From Squalus acanthias (Eukaryota): a stretch of DNA of 64,000 nucleotides. Made by a program: the position numbers and the translations under genes. Position 1 is the stretch's first letter; each line of letters begins with the position of its first letter. The stretch covers positions 434,001-498,000 of the forward strand of contig JASTWF010000302.1 of the NCBI GenBank assembly GCA_030390025.1, read 5' to 3'. Under the pieces are notes generated by a model. That model did no database searches, was not told the origin of the DNA, and saw only the letters and a list, made by a program, of their open reading frames with translations. Shown here piece after piece: positions 45,074 to 56,490 of this stretch.

Positions 45074-47959
45074 CTCTTTCTCTCTCCACGGATGCTGCCT
45101 GGCCTGCTGAGTTTTTCCAGCGTTTTCTGTTGTTATTTCGGATTTCCAGCATCTGCAGTATTTTGCTATCGTATTAGTGTTTGGTTCACTGCCACCTCTC
45201 TTCTTGGAATGCCTACCTTGAAGAAGTTCTGCTCTTCTCTTCGACGGGATTTCCGTTTGGCTCTTCAACCTTGTTCATCTTCATTGATTTCAGTTTCGCT
45301 TCTCGTGTTTGATCAGGTATCTGCCAAGACTCGGTTTCACAGCCACATTACTTTCCTCAGCAACTGTCTCCGGTTCCGACTTATCCCACGTGGATTCCAA
45401 CTAAACTTCCACCCTTCGTGTTTCGGATCCACCCAGGATTACAAATATCTCCAAGATATTCATCGTTCCTCGAACTACTGCTCTCGCCGCATCTTGAGAT
45501 CCACGCTCAATGCCATGCGGCGCCAGATGAACACTCTCGACATCTCTCTTCAGCAGCACCGACGCACTCTATCTCAAAGCTGTCCGGGTCCACAGTTCCA
45601 TTTCATCCTTAGACTCATCCGACGCTTCAACAAAAAACTTTTCTTCTTCCTTTCCGATGTCAAGGATCGCAAGCTTCAACAACTCTTGGACACTAAAGCC
45701 CCTCCGGAACCTTCTTCCCCTTCACTTTCCTCTGACCCCCCTTCTCCCAATCTCACCCCCTGCCGCGTTTTCACTATCCCCTCTGACCTTCCCCTCTCTG
45801 ACTCCGAACGATCAGTCCTCAGCAAAGGCCTGAGCTTCATCCCCTTACGCCCCCATCTCAATGAATTTCGAGCTCGGCACGATGCTGAGCTCTTTTTCCG
45901 CCGCCTCCGTCTCCGTGCCCACTTCTCTGGCCAGGAGTCTTCCCCCCGCACGGCTGACCCTTTCTCCCGCTTTCAGAATTCTCGTTCCACCTGGACCCCT
46001 CCCTCTGGCCTCTTACCCTCTCTTGATCTTTTCATTGCTAACTGCCGCCGTGACATCGGCCAGCTCAATTTCTCTGCTCCCCTCACTCACTCCAACCTAC
46101 CTCCCTCTGAACTTGCAGCACTCCATTCTCTCCGATCCAACCCTGACATTGTCATTAAACCTGCTGACAAGGGTGGCGCTGTTGTTGTTTGGCGAACCGA
46201 CCTCTACCTAGCGGAAGTTGAACGCCAACTCTCTGACACCTCCTCCTACCTCCACCTGGACCATGACCCCACTACCGAACATCAAGCCACCGTGTCCAAG
46301 ACTGTCACTGACCTCATCTCCTCTGGAGATCTTCCCCCCACGGCCGCCAACCTCATAGTTCCCCAACCCCGCACAGCCCGCTTCTACCTCCTTCCCAAGA
46401 TCCACAAACAGGACTGCCCCGGTAGACCCATCGTTTCAGCCTGTTCTTGCCCCACGGAACTTATCTCTTCCTATCTCGACTCTATTTTTTCTCCCCTTGT
46501 CCAGTCTCTTCCCACCTACATCCGCGACTCTTCCGATGCCCTCCGCCATTTTAACAGTTTCCAGTTTCCCGGCCCCAACCATCTCCTCTTCACTATGGAC
46601 GTACAATCCCTCTACACCTCCATTCCCCACCAGGATGGCCTGAGGGCGCTCCGCTTCTTCCTTGAACAGAGGCCCAACCAGTCCCCATCCACCACCACCC
46701 TCCTCCGCCTGGCTGAACTTGTTCTCACATTGAACAACTTCTCCTTTGACTCTACCCATTTCCTCCAAATTAAAGGTGTTGCTATGGGTACCCGCATGGG
46801 TCCTAGCTATGCCTGCCTTTTCGTGGGATATGTGGAACACTCTTTGTTCCAGTCCTACTCGGGTCCCCTCCCTCACCTCTTTTTCCGGTACATTGATGAC
46901 TGTATCGGTGCCGTCTCCTGCTCTCGCCCTGAACTAGAACATTTCATTCACTATGCTTCCAATTTCCACCCTTCCCTCACCTTCACATGGTCCATCTCCG
47001 ACTCTTCTCTTCCCTTCCTCGACTTCTCCATCTCCATCTCTGGGGATAGGTTATTGACTAACATTCACTACAAGCCCACCGACTCCCACAGCTACCTGGA
47101 CTACACTTCCTCCCACCCCGCCTCCTGTAAGGACTCTATTCCATTCTCCCAGTTTCTCCGTCTCCGCCGCATCTGCTCTGATGATGCCACCTTCCATACC
47201 AGTGCTTCCGACATGTCTTCCTTTTTCCTCAACCGAGGATTCCCCTCTACCGTGGTCGACACGGCCCTCGACCGTGTCCGTTCTATCTCCCGCACATCTG
47301 CCCTCACCCCTGCCCCTCCCTCCCGGAACCACGATAGGGTTCCCCTTGTCCTCACCTTTCACCCCACCAGCCTCCACATTCAACGGATCATCCTCCGCCA
47401 TTTCCGCCACCTCCAGCGTGATCCCACCACCAAACACATCTTCCCCTCACCTCCCCTTTCAGCATTCCGCAGGGACCGCTCCCTCCGCGACACCCTAGTC
47501 CACTCCTCTACCACCCCCAGCACCCCTTCCCCTTCGCCCGGCACCTTCCCGTGCACGCGCAGGAGATGCAACACATGCCCTTATACCTCCCCTCTTCCCA
47601 CTGTCCAGGGCCCCAAACACCCCTTCCAGGTGAAACAGCGATTTACTTGTACTTCCTGCAAATTAGTATACTGTATTCGCTGCTCACGATGTGGACTCCT
47701 CTACATTGGGGAGACCAAACGCAGATTGGGTGACCGCTTTGCGGAACACCTCCGTTCAGTCCGTAAGGGGGACCCCGAGCTCCCGGTGGCCTGTCACTTT
47801 AATTCACCGCTTCACTCCCACTCTGACCTCACCGTCCTCGGCCTAATACACTGTTCCACGGAAGCTCAGCGTAAGCTCGAGGAACAGCACCTCATCTTTC
47901 GTTTAGGCACGCTACAGCCCTCTGGACTCAATATCGAGTTCAACAATTTTAGATCATAA
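45044..47959 (+). CDS. Penelope-like reverse transcriptase plus GIY-YIG endonuclease (uninterrupted ORF; likely start Met at 45209)
   Basis: IKPADKGGAVVV, FYLLPKIHK, GRPIVS, MDVQSLYTSIP, GVAMGT, FRYIDD, FLD (RT); CTRRRCNTC linker; LVYCIRCSRCGLLYIGET...RFAEH...EQHLI...GLN (GIY-YIG). Confidence 0.97.
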   Translation: MKGHRPETSTLFLSPRMLPGLLSFSSVFCCYFGFPASAVFCYRISVWFTATSLLGMPTLKKFCSSLRRDFRLALQPCSSSLISVSLLVFDQVSAKTRFHSHITFLSNCLRFRLIPRGFQLNFHPSCFGSTQDYKYLQDIHRSSNYCSRRILRSTLNAMRRQMNTLDISLQQHRRTLSQSCPGPQFHFILRLIRRFNKKLFFFLSDVKDRKLQQLLDTKAPPEPSSPSLSSDPPSPNLTPCRVFTIPSDLPLSDSERSVLSKGLSFIPLRPHLNEFRARHDAELFFRRLRLRAHFSGQESSPRTADPFSRFQNSRSTWTPPSGLLPSLDLFIANCRRDIGQLNFSAPLTHSNLPPSELAALHSLRSNPDIVIKPADKGGAVVVWRTDLYLAEVERQLSDTSSYLHLDHDPTTEHQATVSKTVTDLISSGDLPPTAANLIVPQPRTARFYLLPKIHKQDCPGRPIVSACSCPTELISSYLDSIFSPLVQSLPTYIRDSSDALRHFNSFQFPGPNHLLFTMDVQSLYTSIPHQDGLRALRFFLEQRPNQSPSTTTLLRLAELVLTLNNFSFDSTHFLQIKGVAMGTRMGPSYACLFVGYVEHSLFQSYSGPLPHLFFRYIDDCIGAVSCSRPELEHFIHYASNFHPSLTFTWSISDSSLPFLDFSISISGDRLLTNIHYKPTDSHSYLDYTSSHPASCKDSIPFSQFLRLRRICSDDATFHTSASDMSSFFLNRGFPSTVVDTALDRVRSISRTSALTPAPPSRNHDRVPLVLTFHPTSLHIQRIILRHFRHLQRDPTTKHIFPSPPLSAFRRDRSLRDTLVHSSTTPSTPSPSPGTFPCTRRRCNTCPYTSPLPTVQGPKHPFQVKQRFTCTSCKLVYCIRCSRCGLLYIGETKRRLGDRFAEHLRSVRKGDPELPVACHFNSPLHSHSDLTVLGLIHCSTEAQRKLEEQHLIFRLGTLQPSGLNIEFNNFRS

Positions 47960-48235
47960 CCTCAGCTCCAATCACATTTATATTTTATTTTATCCACCCT
48001 TTTATTTGTCCCCCCCACCTTTTTTTTCCTCCTAGAAGCTGGCAGCTGTCCTTCATTCTGCCAGTAGATTTCACACTTCATTCAGCCTTAATCTGTCACA
48101 TTAACACCACCTCTAGCCTTGCATATCTCTTAATGTCTCTTAATGTCTCTTCATCTCCTCCTTTGTTCCTTTATCCCCTCCCCCTTTTCCCAGCTTTACC
48201 CTGGCCTTAAATCTATTTGATTTCCAGCTCTTCCC

Positions 48236-48272
48236 AGTTCTGATGAAAGGTCATCGACCTGAAACGTCAACT
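48236..48272 (+). ncRNA. Minimal type I hammerhead ribozyme motif (3' pLTR)
   Basis: Identical to 45037-45073. Confidence 0.78.
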
Positions 48273-49825
48273 CTCTTTCTCTCTCCACGGATGCTGCCTG
48301 GCCTGCTGAGTTTTTCCAGCGTTTTCTGTTGTTATTTCGGATTTCCAGCATCTGCAGTATTTTGCTATCGTATTGAAGAAAACTATGTCGGTTACGGGAT
48401 TAAAGGGGACCATATCAGAAGGTGACGGGCTGTGATAAATGCGGCAGCAACTGTTTTTAACACTGGAACATTCTCCGTTAATAGTTCAGACTTGCTCAGC
48501 ATCGCTCAATCCGTAAAGGCGGTTAGAAATATTTTAAGGGAAATTTTGTCTAAAATGAATGGTCTGGAACAAAACGTATTGAAGGAGGATCAAATTATGA
48601 CCATTCATCTGCTGGTTCTGGTTAAACTTGTGGAAACCCATGCTAAAATGTAATCAAATTTTAATGGAGGATCGGGATGCTTCTTGTAAGGCCGCACGAA
48701 ATGATGTGTGTGCAATGTATGGATCTTGGTTCGTGGACTAAGCCAGTGAAAAGCTGCAGAGCATTGCTGAGGGGAATCTACCCTCGTGGATGACTGAGCG
48801 ACACCTGAGGGCAATATCCACTTACCAATTTACCAAGAATATGTGTGAAGTCAGGGGGTTGGTACAAGTGTACCCGGTGAAACATGAATGCCATTTTCTG
48901 GAACAAAACAACATCACCCTGTTCGGGATGGTATTATGTTATCCCAATTTGCCCAAAGGGGCCACCCCAAATCCTTTGTCCCGGGTGAAGAACATAGGAG
49001 TACATCAGGGAGGTCACTTAAGAAGGTATGACGAACCCACGAAGTCCGTGACCGGATTGGATGGGACCACATGGATGGCTTCAGATGTTACCCGGTGAGC
49101 TCAAGCTGGGGACACATCCATCTGCCCTTATGACGTGTAGAACACGCGGCCCCTGCGTGCGGGTTTGATTGTGATGAGATAGCATTGGACTGCACATTGA
49201 AAGTGATTGCGAGGCAGTATTTTCCCGTACGATCTGCACATCGAGGGAAAGGTGAATATTGTGCCACTACAATGTACCGGGACGATAACAACCTGACTTG
49301 TCCTGTTGCGACGGGAACTTTTTGTTTTACCCCCGTCCAATCTGTGAGACTTGGGGCGCGTGTTTTCGTAAGCATTTATTCGCATAGACAAGTAGATATT
49401 GCTGTAGAAGATGAGCGAAAAGAGCAATTGCACCAGTACGTGACTCGATTCAGTTATGACATTCCACCTCCGCCAGAACAATTGGTAGAGTTAATGAGAC
49501 GCGTTCGTCAGTCCCAAAAGCACGTTTATACCTTGACCCAGAAAAACCGGGAACTGCATAAAGCAATCCATAAGTTCGGGGACGATTCGTCCTGATGGGA
49601 TATCGGTATGTGTTTTGAGATTCATCCCTCGATAAGAATTATCACCCACGTGTTTGTCATTGTTCAGTTGGTGATTGTGTTATATTTACTAATAATAACT
49701 TGTTGAGTCAACAGGAGACGCAAGCAGCAGGAGTGGGTTAAACTGTTGCAGAAGACGCCGAATGAAGAAGACAACGCCTACAAAGTGTAAGTGCCTGTGA
49801 CCCCTGATTCGGGTGCACAGCCACT

Positions 49826-50628
49826 GGAGGGTGGGCTGTAAGAATAAACCATTTCCTGTACATTTTGCTGTAACTTGACCAAATTTAAAAGTTTACCAAA
49901 TTGAATATATCAGCGTTCTTCCAGAGACTCAGAGGTTGGTTCCTGTGGGATCTTTGTACGAAAACTGATAAGGGAAACAGAGCTTGACAGTTCTGTGGTG
50001 AAGAAGCTATTGAACTGTTAAGCCGTTGCAAAAACAGTAACATTTTAAGTCTTTGGAATGTAACCGGCCTTACGGCCCACTGACTGACCACTGAAAAGAA
50101 GACGAAAAAAACAACTGCTGAGTATTCTTTGCTGAAGTCTGTGTCATGTACGTTGTAGGATAATTGCCAGGTTTTAAGGTAGAAAATGTACTGTAAAAAG
50201 ACACTCGGGGCTGCAGGGAGAAAACCTGGTCAGTTGTCAGAAATAATACCTATAGCCATCACCTAACTGATCAATCGCTGGTGTTAGTACGTATGCGGTG
50301 ATTGCTTATTATCGCTTGAGCTTAAAGTAAAGAGATAGCGCTGTGTATGCTGAGGTATAATCGGGAATTGTTATACACAACATAACTGTTGGATGCTTAC
50401 TTGTAATATCTTGCTGATTTTTAAGAAAAGATGTTTTTCACAGATTCATTTGGTTTTGTGCTGTCTGTTCGACAGGTATGAACTTTGGAAACTGTTGGAC
50501 GGAGCGAGGGGCGATTTCCGCACTTCATACAGTATTCATATTGAATCTAATAAATGCTTCCGTTTCTGATTTAATCCTAATTATAAACCTAATGAATGCA
50601 CACCTAAGGACTTTGCACTGGTTTTACA
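49826..50628 (+). mobile_element. Polypurine tract and candidate 3' LTR (49837-50628) of the env-bearing element
   Basis: GGAGGGTGGGC directly before TGTAAG; ends TTTTACA (inverted termini TGTAA...TTACA); AATAAA at 50549-50554. No second LTR in the window to confirm the boundaries. Confidence 0.6.
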
Positions 50629-51214
50629 CCTCATGAATCTCCCTGCCATCCGCAAGATTATATACCGATTTTAGACTGATTTGACACTGACTGAAAGCGC
50701 ACCCTGTATAGTTTTGATTTAATTTACACCAAATGAATGCACCCTTTACGATTGTGTCCACTTTTGACACCTGAATGCACTTTTTGAGCACTAGATTCCG
50801 ATGGGTGCTGTTCACAACAAACTTTATCAAGTACATCCCGGCTGAAGTAATTGTTGAAATTTCTTTACACGTTGACCAGAGTTGCTGAGACAAAGCTGCA
50901 CTTCCTTAAATGTCCGAGATTTTGCGGGCACAATCTTAAACTGGACGTAATTAATGGCTTGTAATTAACTAGACTTCATTATATGTCAACTCTATTCACG
51001 GTCTCTGATAGAATAACTACAGTCACCTAAGTTATACTCAACATTTGGCCCTGATTAATTTATTTTCCCTGTTATGGGTAATGAGCGCATGTGCCAATTG
51101 TTGTACGACAGTCACACGCCACAAACTGGAGATTGTTCACATAATTACTTAACGAGTTGTTTATGGTGGCCAGCCAGAGAAAACCACTATACATAATTTA
51201 ATAATTTGATCAGA

Positions 51215-52820
51215 CTCGGTAGAGATTTCCAAAGATTCACCACTCTCTGAGTGAAGAAATTTCTCCTCATCTCAGTTTTAAATGGCCGACTCCTTATTCT
51301 GAGACTGTGACGCTTGGTTCTAGACGCTCCAGCCAGGGGAAATGTCCTCACTACATCGACCCTGTCAAGCCCTGTAAGAATGTTGTACGTTTCAATGAGA
51401 TCATCTCTCATTCTTCGAGAGAATATAGGCCTAGTCTACTCAATCTCTCCTCATAGGACAATCCCGCACATCCCAGGAACCAGTCTGGTGAATCTTCGTT
51501 GCATCCCTCTGTGGCAAATATATATTTCCTCAGCCAAGGAGACCAAAACTTTACGCAATACTCCAGGTGTGGTCTCACCAGGGCCCTTTGTATTGCAGTA
51601 AGACGTCTTTACTCTTATACACAAATCCTCTTGTAATAAAGGCCAACATACCATTTCCTTTCCTACTTTCTTGCTGTACCTGCATGTTAACTTTCAGTGA
51701 TTCGTGTGCAAGGACACCCATGTCCTACTGAACACCAACATTTCCCAATCTCTCACCATTTAAATATACCCTGCTTCTCTATTTTCCTACGAAAGTGGAT
51801 AACTTCACACTTCTCCACATTATATTCCATTTGCCCTGTTCTTGCCCATTCACTTAGCCTGTCTATAGCCCCTTGAACCCTCCTTGCATCCTCCTCGCAA
51901 CTTAGATTCCCACAAAGCTTTGTATCATCAGCAAACTTGCATATATTACATTTGGCCCCCTCATTCAAATCATTGATATAGATTGTGAATAGCTGAGGCC
52001 CAAGCACCGATCCTTGCGGTAACCCACTAGTTACAGCCTGCCAACCCGAAAATGACCCGTTTATTCATACTCTCTGTTTTTTGTCCGTTAACCAATCCTC
52101 AATCAATGCTCGAATTTTACCCCCAATCCCAGGAGCCCTAATTTTGTTTAATAACCTTTTGTGTGGCACCTTACCGAATGCCTTCTGAAAATTCAAATAC
52201 ACCACATCCACTGGTTCCCCCTTATCTATTCTGCTAGTTGCAACCTCAATTATTTTTACATGTTTGTCAGACACGATTTCCCTTTCACAAATCCGTGTTG
52301 ATTCTGCCCAATCCTATTATTATTTTCTAAGTGCCCTGTTGCCACGTCCTTAATAATAGAACCTAACGTTTTCCCTAATACTGATGTGAGGCTAACTGAT
52401 ATGTAGTTCACCATTTTCTCTCTCCCTCCTTTCTTAAATAGGTGGGTACATTTCCTACCTTCCATTACACGGGAAATGTTCTAGAATCTATGGAATTTTG
52501 GCAAATGACAACCAATGCATCTACATTCTGTTTTGCCACCTCTTTCAAAACCCGAGGATATAGGCCATCAGGTTCTGGAGATTTATCGACTTTCAGTCCC
52601 GCTACTTTCTCCAGTACTTTTTTTTTACTGATACTAAATTCTCCATTATTTCCAGGAAGGTTTTTGCGTCTTCTTTCATAAAGACAGACACGAAGTATTT
52701 ATTTAATTTCACTGCCATGTCCTTATTCCCCATTATAATTTCTTCTGCCTCAGCATGTAAGGAACTCACATTTACTTTCGGTAATCTTTCCTTTTTTACA
52801 TACCTATAGAAGCTATTACA
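51215..52820 (-). mobile_element. CR1-type LINE ORF2 fragment (RT)
   Basis: NYISVSLTSVLGK, VDVVYLNFQKAFGKVPHKRL, LGPQLFTIYINDL, KFADDTKL, RDDLIETYNIL. Confidence 0.93.
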
Positions 52821-52844
52821 ATACCTATAGCAGCTTTTACAAGG

Positions 52845-55000
52845 TATTCAAGTATTCTATAAACGTAAATTCGTGTTTGTTGCTGGACTAAGACTGTACA
52901 ACTACCATATGAATATTGTCTGATATTTCCTCATCCACCTGTCCAATATAGAATTGAATGCTGACATTGTTTTTGTCTGAAACACCAAACTATGTGAAGA
53001 ACTTCCTGCTGCACTTTGCTCTAAATCTCAATACATTTAATCTTGCATCGATGACTCCTCATTCTTGGTCCCTCAACTGCTGGAAACACGCTGGTTAAAT
53101 CTATCCTTAACCAAACGATCATCATTTTAAACACTTGTATCGTATTAGAGTACAATATTGTCCAAAGGATTTTTTAAGTATACTTAAATAGCTCTGTGTT
53201 TCCCCAATCAGATATAATGTTAAGCAATCCATATACCAGGACATTAAAATAATTACTTTAATGAACTGCCAGAGGCAAGTTGGAAATCTAACTGTAATGT
53301 TGCACGTCATTAGCCTTATCGCTACAACTCGGGAATAACTTGATTTACCTGAGCTGATCGATATACCCTTTGATTGATGTAAATGGTCAAGGGCGGGGAA
53401 GAGAAACAGGTGGTAACGCATTGGTCTCCTGTAATTCACACCGTCTGATATTCGGTTTCGATGGGCCGGATATTCCGACCCCCACGGGTGCATACGAGGT
53501 GTGTACGCATCCGCGGGGGCCTCACAATTGCTGGTTTCAGGCCTGCGAAGCGAATGCACTAAAACCCGGCACTCTGATCTGACAAGAATTCTTTGACAGA
53601 TCATCCGCCTGCCAAGGAGAAGTGCTTCCGTGGGCAGAGAGTTTTGCTTTCTGCACAACCTCCGCCTGCTGAAAACCTTAAAAAATCTTACGCCTGGTAA
53701 AAGCAGGCGTAAGGCTTGCATTAAACATCATAAGAGTTTTAAAAATGTTCTTTTTCACTCATTTATAATTTTAAAATACTTTTATGAAAAGTAAGTTTAT
53801 TTTTAGCCCCGTAAAAAACTTTTATTATTTTTATCAAAAAAATAAATTGTTGTTTCAACTATTTAATTTAATGTAATTTAACTAATTGAAATACGTGATG
53901 TATTTTTTACATTTATTTAATGTTTAACTGTGTTTTGTATGTGATCCCCATTCATACTTTACACAGATCTATGCGTAGGGCCCTGTCAAAAGTGTGCAGG
54001 GGGATTCTCTTCTTTGATTGGTTCCCCATGGCCCACCTGATCCCAGGGACGTTTGCGAACCGCTTCCGCCCCTGAGATACCTGGATCTCTGTGCGCAGAC
54101 CAGAAGCCAGCAGGTAAGAACATAGATTTTTCCCAATCGGAGGCATCCCTACGCAGGAAGCCTCTGATCGGAAAATCCGGCCCATTGTCTTTAATGGATC
54201 TGAATATCAGGCGTGTGGGGCAACGAACCAGAAATGTGATCCCGTCTGTTTTGTCTCCCGCCCATGTCCAATTTCTCACACAATAGGAGAACTATAGCAG
54301 TGGAGGCGGGCCATAGAATATATTTAAGGTGGAGATAGACAGATTTTTGAAAGATAAGGGAGTCAAAGGTTAAGGGGAGCGGGCAGGGAAATAAAGTTGA
54401 GGCCAAGATCAGTTCAGCCATGATCTTATTGAATGGCGGAGCAGGCTCGAGGGGCCAAATGACCTACTCCTGCTCCTACGTGTTAAGTTCTTATGTTCTT
54501 ATGTAAAAACAGGCACGGCATTACCAGAGAATGCAAAGGGCTCGTCAGCTCTGAACTTATTTCACCTCAGACATATTTTGGGGGAGAAATTGGCTAACCC
54601 CCAAAAAATAGTCATGGGGATCGCAGTACACCATTAACCCGCGCCCATTCATTGCGTTGCAGGCAGCATGGCAAATTCGTGCTCCCTACTGCGATGCATA
54701 AGTTGAGCGTGCATCCAGTGTACCCGCACTGCTCATGGATTCACGCTTCAACAAGCGGTACAATGTCGCCATTGGCTAGCGCTACTGAAAGGCAGGCTGC
54801 TCCTCTTAAAGCGGTGTTGCATTGTGGCTGGAACAAGTCCTGGGAGTCATTTGAAAACTGATTATGTGCTCTGGTAGTTTGAGCATGAGCTGAGCATGCT
54901 GAAGAGGGTGCATCAAGATTTTCAGACACTGCAGTGGTCTTGGTGGAACTGGTGGAAATAAGGAGAGATATACTGTATCCACAACGGGAAGAAAGTTCTC
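52845..55000 (+). repeat. Copy 2 of the duplicated block, with its own MITE (53463-54183) and CR1 tail (~54315-54505) insertions
   Basis: Colinear with 40890-42520 once the insertions are removed; MITE ends GGGCCGGATATTCCGAC / CGGAAAATCCGGCCC. Confidence 0.8.
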
Positions 55001-55204
55001 TAGACCAGTGGTTACCAACCTGTGGTCCACGGAACACCAGTGATTCGCGAGGGTACTGCAGGTGATCCATGGCAAAAAAGTTAAATTAAAAAAGAAAATT
55101 ATGATAATATAATATAATCGCGATACTGATTATGCATAAACTCCAAAGTTACCGATCCGTTATCTTGTCTGTAAGTGTCTGAGTTGAATAGTTCAGGTTT
55201 TGCG

Positions 55205-56490
55205 GGACCTACCCAACAATAACCTGCTCACTGACGCTCTGTTGGTGTTCTGCCATGACCAATCGACTCCAGAGCTCATTACAACCTTCGTGCAAATATG
55301 GACAAAGAGCTGAATTACACGGGTGAGGTGAGAGTGACTGTTCTTGACATCAAGGCAACACTTGACAGAGTGTAGCGCCAAGGAGCCCTAGTAAATTGTG
55401 AAATCAATGGGATTCAGGGGAAAATCTTCACTGGCTGGACTCATACCTAGAACAAAGGACGATCGTTATGGTTGTTGGCGGCCAATCATCTCAACCCAAG
55501 GACATCCCTGCAGGAGTTCCTCAGGGCAGTGTCCTAGCCCCAAACATCTTCAGCTGCTTCATCAATGACTTTCCCTCCGTCATAAAGTCAGACATGGGGA
55601 TGTTCGCTGCTGATTGCACAGTGAACAATTCCATTGCAATTCCTCAGATAATGATGCAGTCCGTGTCTGCATGAAACAACCCCTGGACAGCATCTAGACT
55701 CGGTCTCAGAAGTGGCAAGTAACATACGTGCTGCACAATGCCAGGCAATGACCATCTCCAACAAGACAGAGTCAAACCACCAACTTGACATTCAATGGCA
55801 TACCAATCATCGAATCCCCCACCATCAACATCCTGAGTTTTATTACTGAACAGAAACTTGACTGCACCAGCCTCATAAATACTGCGGCAATGAGAGCAGG
55901 TCAGAGGGTGGCAAGTGATTTAACTCCTGATTCGCCATAGAATTTCCACCATCTAAAAGGCACAACTCAGGAGTGTGATGGAATACTCGCCACTTGCGTG
56001 TGTGACTGCAGCTCATACAACACTCAAGAATCTCGACACCATCCAGAACAAAACAGTTCGCTTTATCGACACACCGTTCAGCACCTTAAACATTCACTGC
56101 CGCCACCAATGGCGCAAAGTGGCTGCAGTGTAGACCATCTACAGAATACTCTGCAGCATCTCGCAAAGGCTTCTACAGCAGTATATCCAAGACCCATGAC
56201 CTCTACCATCTAGAAGGACAAGGGTCGCAGGCGAAAGGGAATACCGCCTCATCCAAGTTCCCCTTGAAGTCACACAGCATCCTAACCTGGAAATATATCG
56301 CCGTTCCTTCATCGTCGCTGGTTCAAAATCCTGGAACTGCCTCTCTAATAGTGCTATGGGAGTACCTTCACAACATGGATTGCAGCCGTCCAAGATGGCG
56401 GATCACCAACACCATCTCAAGGGTAATTACGAAAGGCAATAAATGCTGGCCTTGCCAGCGCCGCCCACATCCCATAACTGAATAGATAAA
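55205..56490 (+). mobile_element. 3' half of the single-ORF CR1-group LINE family, degenerate
   Basis: AGVPQGSVLAPNIFSCFINDF, GMFAADC; tail GGCAATAAATGCTGGCCTTGCCAGCGCCGCCCACATCCC. Confidence 0.9.

Larger units (their letters stand above)
44015..48371 (+). mobile_element. Young, intact Penelope-like retroelement (Neptune-type) with inverted 5' arm and tandem pLTRs
   Basis: TSD ATTGAAGAAAACTA at 44001-44014 and 48372-48385; inverted arm 44015-44785 matches the reverse complement of ~47567-48337; direct pLTRs ~44791-45175 and ~47990-48374 appear identical. Confidence 0.95.
43563..49790 (+). pseudogene. Decayed viral class I fusion glycoprotein (env/F-like) of an endogenous LTR element, split by the Penelope-like insertion (pieces ~43563-44014 and 48386-49790)
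   Basis: Removing the insertion and one TSD restores the frame (STVIIEEN-YVGYGIKGDHIRR*R-AVINAAATVFNTGTFSVNSSDLL). Five N-glycosylation sequons lie before the cleavage site, followed by a heptad region, Cys-rich region, second heptad, *WD, TM (IITHVFVIVQLVIVLYLLIITC), basic NRRRK and a stop at 49788-49790. Confidence 0.75.

Noticed and set aside
45044-45208. N-terminal 55 aa of the 971-aa ORF, and the identical MKGHRPETST ORFs at 48243 and 44108
   Set aside because: They translate pLTR/hammerhead sequence; Met 45209 is the more plausible start.
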